Positions 1 to 9,166 of a stretch of DNA of 64,000 bases are shown here, piece after piece. The stretch is taken from assembly GCA_018027755.1 (NCBI GenBank), contig GCA_018027755.1_4098.1. One strand, given 5' to 3'. The translations under genes were made by a program, and so were the position numbers. Numbering within the stretch: the stretch's first letter is position 1; each line of letters begins with the position of its first letter. Below the pieces are notes generated by a model, which ran no database searches, was not told the DNA's origin, and saw only the letters and a program-made list of their open reading frames with translations. Origin of the DNA: a phage.

Positions 1-254
1 ATTTCAAAGATGGTACTATTCAATCTATCAGTACTGAATATGAATATCAATGGACTGAGTACTTCACTTATGGATCGCGTAATACATTGATGGCTTCACG
101 TAGTAAATTGGAAGAAGTACTGACTCGTATGAATGAACGCGAACGTCAATTTTATGACAAACCAGAAATGTGGAGTTCAACTTACATTGACCGTATTGAC
201 TATGTTATTATGACTCCAATCTTTGACACTGCTTACTATGATTCTTTGAAATAA
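1..254 (+). CDS. hypothetical protein, 3' portion (5' end outside window)
   Basis: Frame open from window edge to TAA at 252-254; co-oriented with downstream genes. Confidence 0.4.
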   Translation, partial: FKDGTIQSISTEYEYQWTEYFTYGSRNTLMASRSKLEEVLTRMNERERQFYDKPEMWSSTYIDRIDYVIMTPIFDTAYYDSLK

Positions 255-265
255 GGATAACTTAT

Positions 266-442
266 ATGAAACTACGTACTCGTAATCGACTGATGGATGC
301 ACTGTACCATGAACAGCTTTCACTGAATGAAGTGAAGCGACAGTTAATGTACACATATCTGTTACCCGCTCGCATTGCAAAACAACGTGCTAAAGAATTG
401 CTGAAAGAAGCAATCGAGTACTGGGAATCTGATTCGTACTAA
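266..442 (+). CDS. hypothetical small protein (58 aa)
   Basis: ATG 266 after AAGGA; below 60-aa track cutoff, read directly from sequence. Confidence 0.4.
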   Translation: MKLRTRNRLMDALYHEQLSLNEVKRQLMYTYLLPARIAKQRAKELLKEAIEYWESDSY

Positions 443-470
443 TTGTCACGTTAATTAAGTGAGGCGATAA

Positions 471-722
471 ATGAAAATTTTATTAGTTCTAATACTACTA
501 ATTGTTTTACCATTTACGTTAGTATCCCCTGAACTTGCATGGAATGTGTTTGTGTACTTACTATGTACTATTGTAGTAAATGGTATCTTGTTCTTAGTTC
601 TATTCATAAATGGAATAGGACACGGTGGAGGATGGACCAGTACTGCTGATATTGTACATAAAACCACTATGTCTTTATTTGTAGTGTGGAATTTATTCTG
701 GACTTGGTTTGTGTTCTTCTAA
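471..722 (+). CDS. small hydrophobic membrane protein (83 aa)
   Basis: ORF track; translation almost entirely L/I/V/F-rich. Confidence 0.5.
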   Translation: MKILLVLILLIVLPFTLVSPELAWNVFVYLLCTIVVNGILFLVLFINGIGHGGGWTSTADIVHKTTMSLFVVWNLFWTWFVFF

Positions 723-733
723 TTAAAAAAAAT

Positions 734-1105
734 ATGAATATAGATTTGAAAGGTGCAACACGAACTGTCATACTCATTGGGGAATATGCTATCAAGATTC
801 CAACCTTTAAAAGTTGGAAGCTATTCTTAACAGGGATGATAGCTAACCTCAATGAACGTTCGTGGATGCAGTACTCCAAGCGTAGTAATAGTGGTATCTG
901 CCCTACGTTGTGGTCATCATGTACTGGACTAGTAACTGTACAGAAACGTTGTAAGCCAGTACAACATAGGGGTTTATTTTGGGTGGAGTTGTGTGCTTTA
1001 GCATTGGATTCAGAGTTAAGTACTGACTTCTTCTATTCAGATGCGAAGCCAGAAAACTTTGGGTATCTGTGTGGTAAGTTGGTTAAACTTGATTATGGAG
1101 ATTAA
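734..1105 (+). CDS. small protein-kinase-like protein
   Basis: Motifs IGEYAIKIP, DAKPENFG, KLVKLDYG resemble kinase Lys/catalytic-loop/DFG-like segments; start placed at internal ATG of track ORF 686..1105. Confidence 0.4.
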   Translation: MNIDLKGATRTVILIGEYAIKIPTFKSWKLFLTGMIANLNERSWMQYSKRSNSGICPTLWSSCTGLVTVQKRCKPVQHRGLFWVELCALALDSELSTDFFYSDAKPENFGYLCGKLVKLDYGD

Positions 1106-1106
1106 T

Positions 1107-1376
1107 ATGTACGCACTGTATAATAAAGAAAAGAAACGATTTGCTAAGGTTGAAATTTCGATTGATACATTTGACATGTTGGAGTACTGTATTGTAACGG
1201 ACTTATATGCTAACTTGTATTACGTTCTTGATGACGTATCAGTACTGCAACGATTGCTTGAGAATTCCAAAAGTCAATGCCAGGACATCCATGATGGTTC
1301 ATCTTATGAAACACCTGAGTGTCCCCACGGGCAACTCGATGGGTATGAGATTGTTAAGTTGGGAATTGTTGAGTAA
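1107..1376 (+). CDS. hypothetical protein
   Basis: ATG 1107 overlaps upstream stop (TAATATG); track ORF 1041..1376 trimmed. Confidence 0.5.
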   Translation: MYALYNKEKKRFAKVEISIDTFDMLEYCIVTDLYANLYYVLDDVSVLQRLLENSKSQCQDIHDGSSYETPECPHGQLDGYEIVKLGIVE

Positions 1377-1382
1377 AAGGTA

Positions 1383-1411
1383 TTGACACCGTACTCATTT
1401 AACTGTATTAT
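1383..1411 (+). promoter_or_regulatory. sigma70-like promoter (TTGACA-N17-TATTAT, TG-extended)
   Basis: -35 at 1383-1388, -10 at 1406-1411, 30 bp upstream of ATG 1442. Confidence 0.5.
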
Positions 1412-1441
1412 GTATGTACACCAACTAATGAGGAATCGGAA

Positions 1442-1801
1442 ATGGCATCTTTATCTGAAATCACTGAACTGAATCCACTGGTAATTAGTACTGTTCAACG
1501 CACCAAGACGTTTTACTTCCGTCCTGCTGATGGATGGAAACGTGGAATGAATGGTGACTATCGAGTACTGGAAGATTCGCTCATCGAGCGTATCAACTCT
1601 GAACTACAGAAGTATGAAGGTGTTAAAGTTGTCCGTTCAACTTCTCGTTATTTTGAGTACTACATTGAGTCTTCAACTGTAAATGAAAACTCATCATTCT
1701 CGGTGGATAACACTGATATTCTTCGCAATGCAGTTGGTTTGCTATGCAACATTGCAGAAGAAATGGGATTAACTATCACCACAATGAGTGAGTTAGAATA
1801 G
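1442..1801 (+). CDS. hypothetical protein (119 aa)
   Basis: ORF track; GAGGAA RBS; promoter upstream. Confidence 0.6.
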   Translation: MASLSEITELNPLVISTVQRTKTFYFRPADGWKRGMNGDYRVLEDSLIERINSELQKYEGVKVVRSTSRYFEYYIESSTVNENSSFSVDNTDILRNAVGLLCNIAEEMGLTITTMSELE

Positions 1802-1805
1802 AATA

Positions 1806-1850
1806 AAAAAAGGGTTGACTTAGGTCGGCCCTTTTGCTATTATATCTATA
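1806..1850 (+). promoter_or_regulatory. composite element: A-run + hairpin overlapping TTGACT-N17-TATTAT promoter
   Basis: AGGGTTGAC..GTCGGCCCT stem between A-run and T-run; -35 1815-1820, -10 1838-1843; same element recurs at 35585, 39262, 42529, 45286. Confidence 0.5.
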
Positions 1851-1871
1851 TCGAAACGAAGGAGACAAACC

Positions 1872-2645
1872 ATGACCCGTCAAGAGAAAGCAATCCAAAT
1901 CGAAAAAAACTTCAATAGCATGATGGCTGCACTGGAATGCCTTCTTGATACACAAGCTAACTCTATCAACTCTCTGATCGTATCAGGTAAAGGTGGTGTT
2001 GGTAAAACTTATAACGTTGACCAACGGTTGCAGAAAGCTGATGATAACTTTGAAATCGACTACAAGAAAATCAGTGGTAAAGTAACTACTTTGGGTCTGT
2101 ACGAAGCACTGTATCGTTCACGTCATGCCGCATCAGTACTGTTACTTGATGACGTTGATATCTTCTCTGACGAGACTAATATTGATTTGCTTAAAGCTGT
2201 GTTGGATACGTCAGAGAAGCGTGTAGTTTCTTACGCGACTTCTGCTAAGTACCTGGAACAGCAGGGTATCCCTAAGCAGTTTGAATTCCGTGGTAAAGTA
2301 ATCTTTCTGACTAACAAAAACCTGTCACAGATTGCTAAAGGTAAAAGCAGCTTAGCACCACACATCGATGCACTGATCACTCGTAGTATCTTTGTTGACC
2401 TGCAACTGTTCACCAACGAAGAAGTGATGATTCACATTGAGAACATCATGAACAAAACTAACATCCTTGAAAACAATGGTGTTAACAAAAATGGTTGTAA
2501 AGCAATCCTGAATTGGATGCTGAACAACGAAGAACGTTTGCGTAGTCCATCACTGCGTATGCCAGTACTGATCGCTGGTTTGTATAATAAATTCCCATAC
2601 GATTGGGAATCAATGGCAGAGAATATGTTCCTTGAGAAAATTTAA
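1872..2645 (+). CDS. P-loop NTPase (deviant Walker A, ParA/MinD-like signature)
   Basis: SGKGGVGKTY Walker A and hydrophobic-LLLDDVD Walker B in translation; GGAGA RBS. Confidence 0.6.
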   Translation: MTRQEKAIQIEKNFNSMMAALECLLDTQANSINSLIVSGKGGVGKTYNVDQRLQKADDNFEIDYKKISGKVTTLGLYEALYRSRHAASVLLLDDVDIFSDETNIDLLKAVLDTSEKRVVSYATSAKYLEQQGIPKQFEFRGKVIFLTNKNLSQIAKGKSSLAPHIDALITRSIFVDLQLFTNEEVMIHIENIMNKTNILENNGVNKNGCKAILNWMLNNEERLRSPSLRMPVLIAGLYNKFPYDWESMAENMFLEKI

Positions 2646-2654
2646 TTACATGTA

Positions 2655-2683
2655 TTGACAGTACTACACTATGGTAGTACTAT
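2655..2683 (+). promoter_or_regulatory. sigma70-like promoter (TTGACA-N17-TACTAT)
   Basis: -35 2655-2660, -10 2678-2683; GGAG RBS then ATG 2713. Confidence 0.45.
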
Positions 2684-2712
2684 AACTTAATATTCACCAC
2701 CGGAGATACGAT

Positions 2713-3051
2713 ATGCTTGAGTTTTTTAATTCAGATACAATGATTAGTATTACTTTGATTTATCTGTTTGGTTTTTTCTTTTATCATGCACTGGTTGTAG
2801 TACTGTGGTATTTTAAAAAGAAAATTGTTTTTAAACTGTATCCAGTAAGGAATTCATCACTAGTTCTTTACACACTAGTTCAAGGTTTGTTTGCAATTGT
2901 TGGTCTTATGGCACACTTAATTTATTGTGCCAATCCTCACTTGAACTCAATCTCACAATATATTGTATTCTTTGGGTTGTTCATTTGGTTAGTTGTATAC
3001 TTAATCCATCTCATTATTCATGGTAGAGATAAAATTCGCGGAGACTTCTAA
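2713..3051 (+). CDS. small polytopic membrane protein, tandem family M
   Basis: ORF track; multiple hydrophobic segments; first of 7 abutting membrane ORFs. Confidence 0.6.
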   Translation: MLEFFNSDTMISITLIYLFGFFFYHALVVVLWYFKKKIVFKLYPVRNSSLVLYTLVQGLFAIVGLMAHLIYCANPHLNSISQYIVFFGLFIWLVVYLIHLIIHGRDKIRGDF

Positions 3052-3398
3052 TGTTTGAAGCTTATCTTGAGTTTTTAAGGAGTAGTTCAGTTGCACATTC
3101 ACTTGCAGGGATTATTCTAACAACTTATGTATCATTTTGGGTAGTTATGTTTCTAGGATGGTATTTTAAACGACAATTCTATAAACGTAATGGTGAAGAT
3201 TTTATGAATTCTGCCATTAATCAATCGTTGTTTGCATCAACATTGATTGCATGTATTGTAGCAACACTCACAGGAAAGGTACTACCAGCTTTTTCCGCAG
3301 TTTACGGCACACTTGGGATGATATGTTTAACTTTTATATTGACCATTAAAATTTGTTGTGTTATGATTGAACTTCGAAATAAGATACCGGAGGAATGA
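3051..3398 (+). CDS. small polytopic membrane protein, tandem family M
   Basis: ORF track; start overlaps upstream stop; hydrophobic segments. Confidence 0.6.
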   Translation: MFEAYLEFLRSSSVAHSLAGIILTTYVSFWVVMFLGWYFKRQFYKRNGEDFMNSAINQSLFASTLIACIVATLTGKVLPAFSAVYGTLGMICLTFILTIKICCVMIELRNKIPEE

Positions 3399-3733
3399 TG
3401 GAGTACTTTATTGATTTACTGCCGTGGTATATGAAAGTTAGTACTTTGTACTATATTATTAGTGCTGGATTCTACTTTCTGATGTGGTTCTTTAAACGAC
3501 CAATTTCAGTATTCATCGCTGATAACATGCTGCAATTAAAATTACACGCATGGTTTGGTATGGCGATGATTATGCCTATTATTCACTACTCAATGATTAG
3601 TAGAGGTTTCCGTTCTAATGGTGAACCAATTGTATTAGTATTCTATTGGGGTTCAACTATTGCATATGTAAGTTTGTTGTTGTTCCCAGTCGTTCATAAG
3701 TTACGTGCTAAAGTTCCTGATGCGAGGTACTAA
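3395..3733 (+). CDS. small polytopic membrane protein, tandem family M
   Basis: ORF track; ATGA overlap with upstream gene; hydrophobic segments. Confidence 0.6.
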   Translation: MMEYFIDLLPWYMKVSTLYYIISAGFYFLMWFFKRPISVFIADNMLQLKLHAWFGMAMIMPIIHYSMISRGFRSNGEPIVLVFYWGSTIAYVSLLLFPVVHKLRAKVPDARY

Positions 3734-4047
3734 TGGATATAGTAACATTGATTTACACGTTGTATTCATTCTATTTCATTATGTGTTGGGTTGGATTTTT
3801 ATTTGTACTCAAGATGTTTGATTATGTTGAAAAACAGATAAAAGAATTTTGTATTCCTTTTATCGGTTCAACCATTATTAGTGTTTCTTGTGTGTATTTT
3901 TTGGTTTTTGATCCACCAGATAACACTGCAATGATTGACTTGATGTTACTACCAACAACTGTTACTTTTTTATGTAGTCTGATGCCGCCGATTAGCCGTG
4001 GACTAACAGAATTTAGACGCAATCAAAAGCGTAAACGAGGGATGTAA
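3733..4047 (+). CDS. small polytopic membrane protein, tandem family M
   Basis: ORF track; C-terminus KRKRG shared with next gene. Confidence 0.6.
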   Translation: MDIVTLIYTLYSFYFIMCWVGFLFVLKMFDYVEKQIKEFCIPFIGSTIISVSCVYFLVFDPPDNTAMIDLMLLPTTVTFLCSLMPPISRGLTEFRRNQKRKRGM

Positions 4048-4415
4048 TGGAAATTGCTCTTATTATCTTAACTGCTATGCTGTTTATTAGTACTGTGGTT
4101 ATAATTGGTAAATTCTTTTGTGTATCATTTTTAGAAACGGTATACGATGAAATTGCTGATGATTATGAATTACAAGCCGGATTTTTCATTACGTATTGGC
4201 TTAGTTTATTTTGTCTAGTCATTGCTTGGATTTTACATATCTTTAAATGGGGTATGGTAGACGGTGATCCTATTATGGCAATTATTGTTCTAGTGTTTGG
4301 TATCCTTGGTGGTGCAGTGCATAATCTAATGGTTATCTGGCAAACTGTTCAATATGTTTTGGTTCCCTATTTCGAAAAGATGCACAGTACAATTAAAAAA
4401 CGTAAACGAGGTTAG
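4047..4415 (+). CDS. small polytopic membrane protein, tandem family M
   Basis: ORF track; C-terminus KKRKRG; hydrophobic segments. Confidence 0.6.
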   Translation: MEIALIILTAMLFISTVVIIGKFFCVSFLETVYDEIADDYELQAGFFITYWLSLFCLVIAWILHIFKWGMVDGDPIMAIIVLVFGILGGAVHNLMVIWQTVQYVLVPYFEKMHSTIKKRKRG

Positions 4416-4416
4416 T

Positions 4417-4779
4417 ATGAACGGGATAGAATTATCTTTCGTTGGTCAATTACTAGTAATGGCGTATACATTTATCTTCTCACTGAATGCATTCGTGTGC
4501 ATTGGGAAGTACTTCCATAAGCGACCATTATCAAATATATATGATGTAATCCAAAAGAGATATAGTCCAGCATATACTGTGTTGGGTACAGTATTCAATT
4601 TTGGTTTTATTGTATTAATAATTGGACTGTTCACATCCTCTTTGAATACAATAACCTTCGGTCTTATGATATGTTCATTGGTATTAGCCGTAATTATATG
4701 TTGTTTAGTACTGCACCTTGTGGTACTATTGTATATAAAGATCTCTGAAATCCACCAACGTTTGGGTATGAGGAAATAA
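4417..4779 (+). CDS. small polytopic membrane protein, tandem family M
   Basis: Track ORF 4354..4779 trimmed to ATG 4417 after CGAGG RBS. Confidence 0.55.
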   Translation: MNGIELSFVGQLLVMAYTFIFSLNAFVCIGKYFHKRPLSNIYDVIQKRYSPAYTVLGTVFNFGFIVLIIGLFTSSLNTITFGLMICSLVLAVIICCLVLHLVVLLYIKISEIHQRLGMRK

Positions 4780-4780
4780 T

Positions 4781-5152
4781 ATGAGTTACCGTGAGATATT
4801 TTCCATTATTTCAATTATTATGTTCAGTACTGGAACACTGGTATGGTTATTATACTTCTTCTGTATTAATCCAGTGTATAATATGTTATGTAATATTAAA
4901 TCAAGTGCCGGATATATCACTTTTATGGTCTTTATGGGATATTATTGTCTAAGCATTTTAGGTGTTGTTTTGGTTGTTATATTTGATGTGGGACCAAATA
5001 GTGATGGTATGGAAATACATGAATTAATAACCATGTTTGGATGTATGATACCAACAGCACTACTGTTTGTAGCTACTTGTAGTGGATTGATAAAATTATA
5101 TAATTATTTAAAATCCATTCATAATTCCATTCATAATAAGCGTATGTCATAA
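4781..5152 (+). CDS. small polytopic membrane protein, tandem family M
   Basis: ORF track; GAGGAA RBS; hydrophobic segments. Confidence 0.6.
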   Translation: MSYREIFSIISIIMFSTGTLVWLLYFFCINPVYNMLCNIKSSAGYITFMVFMGYYCLSILGVVLVVIFDVGPNSDGMEIHELITMFGCMIPTALLFVATCSGLIKLYNYLKSIHNSIHNKRMS

Positions 5153-5158
5153 TAAAAA

Positions 5159-5182
5159 ATCCAGTACTATTAAGTACTGGAT
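5159..5182 (+). other. perfect stem-loop ATCCAGTAC-N6-GTACTGGAT
   Basis: 9-bp inverted repeat built from two AGTACT hexamers between genes; no T-run. Confidence 0.35.
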
Positions 5183-5194
5183 GTATAAGGAGTT

Positions 5195-5857
5195 ATGATG
5201 AAATCAAAATTAGGTTTGTTTTATAAAAACTATTTTGTTAAACAACGTAAATTTATAAAAAAATATTTCTCTGGCGAGAAGTCTAGTCCTATAATCTTTA
5301 AAAGACCAAGTTATAATACTTACTTAGCTGGTGCTAAACAGTCTAAGAAATTTATTACTCTTTTACATAAAAACAAAATTAAAGCTTCTTATGTTGAAAC
5401 GAGAAGAAACTCATCAATAACTCCTGGTGATTTTATTGAGTACGGATGTTTCAATATTAAGTACAATGATAATACATACTTTATGGATATTGATTGTAAT
5501 ACATCCAATCTTTTTAACATTGTAGTAAATCCATTAAAACAATATAATGTTTATGGTGATTCTATTATCAAATTAATCAAAAACAAAGATAGCTTTGATT
5601 TTGAAATAAATGTTTTAGATGATAATTTTGACGAAGTACCAGTAAACCCTGAAATCTGTGATATTTTAAACAGTTTAAAAGGTAGTACCTACAATATATC
5701 ATCTGATTTAATGTTTCAGTACTCATTAATCCATAAAGATATTGAAAAGTATATTGAATGCTCCAGAATTTTGAATTTTCTCTATGATGAATTTAAAAAG
5801 AGTTCTAAAATAACTGCATACACTTTGTACAATATTCCTAAAATGGTGAATCTTTAA
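5195..5857 (+). CDS. hypothetical protein (220 aa), basic N-terminus
   Basis: ORF track; AAGGAG RBS. Confidence 0.6.
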   Translation: MMKSKLGLFYKNYFVKQRKFIKKYFSGEKSSPIIFKRPSYNTYLAGAKQSKKFITLLHKNKIKASYVETRRNSSITPGDFIEYGCFNIKYNDNTYFMDIDCNTSNLFNIVVNPLKQYNVYGDSIIKLIKNKDSFDFEINVLDDNFDEVPVNPEICDILNSLKGSTYNISSDLMFQYSLIHKDIEKYIECSRILNFLYDEFKKSSKITAYTLYNIPKMVNL

Positions 5858-6261
5858 CAAATACAGTACTGGCAACTCCACCGTCTGTAATATATTGTCC
5901 AGTACTGTAAATTTGTATACCATCGGTTAAGTAAGTTCTGTATAAAGTTGCTGTAACATATACGTTATTCATATTCATCTCTATTGGTAGTACACATTTG
6001 GTATAGGCCGACACATCTGTTTGTGTACCTATACCCAATTGACCTGCGTTATCGCCTGTGTTATTACCAGTTGCGTAAACACCCAATGAAGTTATAATAT
6101 GATTAGAAAAATATGAATAACCCAAACTCTTGAGATTCTCTACTGTACAACGTACCATCTGACATAAGGGCAAAAACTGTCGTATCAGATGAAGCTATTT
6201 TTGTAACAGAAGGTTGTATGTTCTTTTTTGATGATGTGATAATTCTTCGAAAGGGTAGCAT
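5838..6261 (-). pseudogene. decayed MLPF-leader RCC1-like paralog (frameshifted, truncated)
   Basis: ATG 6261 after GGAGG gives MLPFRRIITSS..DGTLYSRE then stop after about 53 codons; GQLGIG-containing continuation is in another frame (track ORF 5838..6173). Confidence 0.55.
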
Positions 6262-6353
6262 TGTATCCTCCAAATGTAAATCGTTATTATATTTAGGACA
6301 AAAAAATGCCAGTACAAGGCACTGGCATAAAATCTAAGCAGAAGGCATATCCT

Positions 6354-6464
6354 TCATCTTAATAAATGAAAATTGTGTACCAGTATTTGTGGTTCCAATT
6401 TCTTTATTTCAGGAAGAGTTGGTTTAATATTTCCGTACTTTAACATTCTTCCAAAAGGTAACAT
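6354..6464 (-). pseudogene. MLPF-leader stub (36 codons)
   Basis: Canonical cassette upstream; MLPFGRMLKYGNIKP.. terminates after 36 codons. Confidence 0.5.
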
Positions 6465-6539
6465 AAATCCCTCCTTTATTCATTATACTATATTTAATAC
6501 AAAAAAAAAGAAAAGCCAGTATCAAGTACTGGCCCTATA
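6465..6539 (-). promoter_or_regulatory. array cassette boundary (terminator hairpin + TATAAT + AAGGAGG)
   Basis: Minus-strand reading: GCCAGTA..TACTGGC hairpin, T-run, TATAGTATAATGAATAAAGGAGG, ATG. Confidence 0.55.
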
Positions 6540-7889
6540 TTATTGTAAAGGTATTTCAGTCAAGGTACTATATGTTGTGCCATTATACACACCACGCCAG
6601 TATAATTTACCTTCAGTACTAACCACTAATAATCCATATGTTGTAAACCCAAGAGTACCACCAACATACATAGCATCTTTGATTTTAATACCAATGTCTT
6701 CATATGTAAATGAAGCGACTGCTCCCGCTTGCCATGAAGGACTAGCATAGTAATCACTATAAACACCATGTGCTTTATATATTGATGTTGTTCCGGGTTC
6801 AAAAATTACAGTTCCACAGTAGTTCATTCGTATTTTGGTACTGGATGAAGTTGGTACATTTATACCTACATCATCTTTAATCCCTGTAGTTAGGACGTTA
6901 AAACCACCCGCTACACGGTTGACGTCATTCGCACCGATTAGAAACATACCAACGTTGTAGCCCATATAATACACACTACTTGTACCATTCCAGAAAGAAA
7001 AACCACCACCATTACCACAGCGATATAGTTGTGAATTTGAGCAGTACATCATGCCTTCGTTTGTTGCATCAAAATCATCTGCTGTTCCGATTACAGCCAC
7101 TGTAGTCCACGTTTTAATCACTTGGTTTGTACTAGCTGGTTTTTGTATACCATATCGTATATTATATCCCTTACCTACGATTGTACCATCTTCTAATTTG
7201 GCATAAAGTACAGGTCTATTACCAACAAAATACACATTATTATGTGACATGTCTATTGTGCATCTTAATGAAACTGCTTTTTGTGTCAATTGATTATCTT
7301 TAGTAAAAGAAGTAAAGTAGTAATCTGATGTGGAGTTGTTTATTAAACCTTGAATCGACAAACCCATATACCAGATTTCACCATTAGTGTTCAATGCTGC
7401 CAAAATACAACTATATTTTGAAGTGTATGCTGGGGTTAATGATGTTGCTGGACCTTTATCATATCCACCACAGAATACCATTTCCACAACTTCACCTACG
7501 TTAGAAAAATAAGAAGATACATTTATAAAACCATTTGTTATAAAAGGTGCTGTAGTTATACTTGAATGTGTGAATATTCCATTTGCATATACACCACAAA
7601 AATGATATGAACCATCATTATCTTTAACTATTATTCCATTTGATAGTAGCCAAAAATTGTTTACATTTTTTCGTACTAATTCAATTCCTGTACCATTGGT
7701 TGGTGTTATACCAAAAGAAACATATTTTGTTTGACCAATACCATATAAATTTCCATTTGATGCTAATATTGCACCAAACCAATTACCACCACCATTCCTA
7801 TCATGACCCATACCAATGGAGTCGAATTTCTTCACAGTAGAGGCTTCAACTTTATTTCCGTACTTAACCATTCTCGCAAAAGGTAACAT
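6540..7889 (-). CDS. MLPF-leader RCC1-like beta-propeller repeat protein (449 aa)
   Basis: ORF track; leader MLPFARMVKYGN; G/T/S/N/Y-rich with RCC1-like G-x-N-x-x-G-Q/E/K-L/F-G-x-G repeats. Confidence 0.75.
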   Translation of the reverse strand: MLPFARMVKYGNKVEASTVKKFDSIGMGHDRNGGGNWFGAILASNGNLYGIGQTKYVSFGITPTNGTGIELVRKNVNNFWLLSNGIIVKDNDGSYHFCGVYANGIFTHSSITTAPFITNGFINVSSYFSNVGEVVEMVFCGGYDKGPATSLTPAYTSKYSCILAALNTNGEIWYMGLSIQGLINNSTSDYYFTSFTKDNQLTQKAVSLRCTIDMSHNNVYFVGNRPVLYAKLEDGTIVGKGYNIRYGIQKPASTNQVIKTWTTVAVIGTADDFDATNEGMMYCSNSQLYRCGNGGGFSFWNGTSSVYYMGYNVGMFLIGANDVNRVAGGFNVLTTGIKDDVGINVPTSSSTKIRMNYCGTVIFEPGTTSIYKAHGVYSDYYASPSWQAGAVASFTYEDIGIKIKDAMYVGGTLGFTTYGLLVVSTEGKLYWRGVYNGTTYSTLTEIPLQ

Positions 7890-7959
7890 AATTCCCTCCT
7901 TTATTCATTATACTATATTTAACCAAAAAGAAAAGCCAGTACAGAGTACTGGCATTGTA
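7890..7959 (-). promoter_or_regulatory. array cassette boundary (terminator hairpin + TATAAT + AAGGAGG)
   Basis: Same conserved cassette as at 6465. Confidence 0.55.
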
Positions 7960-9093
7960 TTAAGGTTTATTTTTATAATTAATTTCTACATAGTTACGTT
8001 GTGTTCCAGTATATCCTGGAACATTCCCTATATTTCCATTACCTGCACCAAACAGACGTTCTCCGACTGCAAAATATGTCCCATAGAAACAACCATCAAA
8101 CACAGGAACATCATTATAATTTGATATGTAATTATCCATTGAATCCATTCTAGTGTATGCAGTCAGAGTTACATTTGTACCTATACCATATGCACCATAA
8201 GGGTTAGTACCAGCAACATAATACCCAGTGGGTGTACATATTACTGGTGAATTTGCCCCTGATCTCGTGTGGATAAATCTAAATGTACCTTCAGGTACTG
8301 GTGCTTCTTTACTGAATAATGTTGTAGCTACTACTGGGTAATCAATACCATAACTATTACCACTCAACCACGTTTTACCATCACTATCTTTGAATAATGA
8401 ACAGGATTGTGTGCATCCGAACAGATTCAAATTGGTTACATTTGGAAATTTACTAATTTGTGTATATACCAGAACTGTGGTTGCGGCAGCACTACCAAGT
8501 TGTCCACGACCATTATCACCCGCACTGTACATGTACCCATCGGTCTTTAATATTATACTAGCGTTTCCTAAAATATCAAAATCAACAACATCCGTTTGTG
8601 TTAATGTAGCTATAGGATAACGAAAATTCACTGCCTCACCAGTACCAAATTGACAATTGGTGTTTACCCCACATCCATATAAGTTGCCGTTTTGCATTAA
8701 TATAAACAAACCTGTTGTCATTTTAATTTTCTTAATATTAAGAATATCTATATCTTGGAATATGTGTGTTACATTTACAAATGTGGTTGAGTTAACAGTA
8801 CTTGAACCATAATAAGAACCGTTCCCGCTACCAAAGAATTCATCGCCTTTTCTGTACATTGCACATAGACTGCCACCCCATACATCATCAACTCCAGTGT
8901 CAATTTGAATAACTGAAGTAACACTAGTTGTTGCACCAGTGCCAAGTTCACCACCTGAATTGAATCCAAAACCATACAAATCTCCACTTTCGGTGAGCAC
9001 CAAAACACTGTTATTGGTTGTGCATGAAATCTTTTTGATATTATTAGATGGTCTTTTATTTCCGTACTTAACCATTCTTGCAAAAGGTAACAT
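7960..9093 (-). CDS. MLPF-leader RCC1-like beta-propeller repeat protein (377 aa)
   Basis: ORF track; leader MLPFARMVKYGN; SGDLYGFGFNSGGELGTG-type repeats. Confidence 0.75.
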   Translation of the reverse strand: MLPFARMVKYGNKRPSNNIKKISCTTNNSVLVLTESGDLYGFGFNSGGELGTGATTSVTSVIQIDTGVDDVWGGSLCAMYRKGDEFFGSGNGSYYGSSTVNSTTFVNVTHIFQDIDILNIKKIKMTTGLFILMQNGNLYGCGVNTNCQFGTGEAVNFRYPIATLTQTDVVDFDILGNASIILKTDGYMYSAGDNGRGQLGSAAATTVLVYTQISKFPNVTNLNLFGCTQSCSLFKDSDGKTWLSGNSYGIDYPVVATTLFSKEAPVPEGTFRFIHTRSGANSPVICTPTGYYVAGTNPYGAYGIGTNVTLTAYTRMDSMDNYISNYNDVPVFDGCFYGTYFAVGERLFGAGNGNIGNVPGYTGTQRNYVEINYKNKP

Positions 9094-9166
9094 GATTTCT
9101 CTCCTTTATCCATTATACTATATTTAATACAAATAAGAAAGCCAGTACAGAGTACTGGCTTTTACA
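9094..9166 (-). promoter_or_regulatory. array cassette boundary
   Basis: Conserved hairpin/T-run/TATAAT/AAGGAG cassette. Confidence 0.55.
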
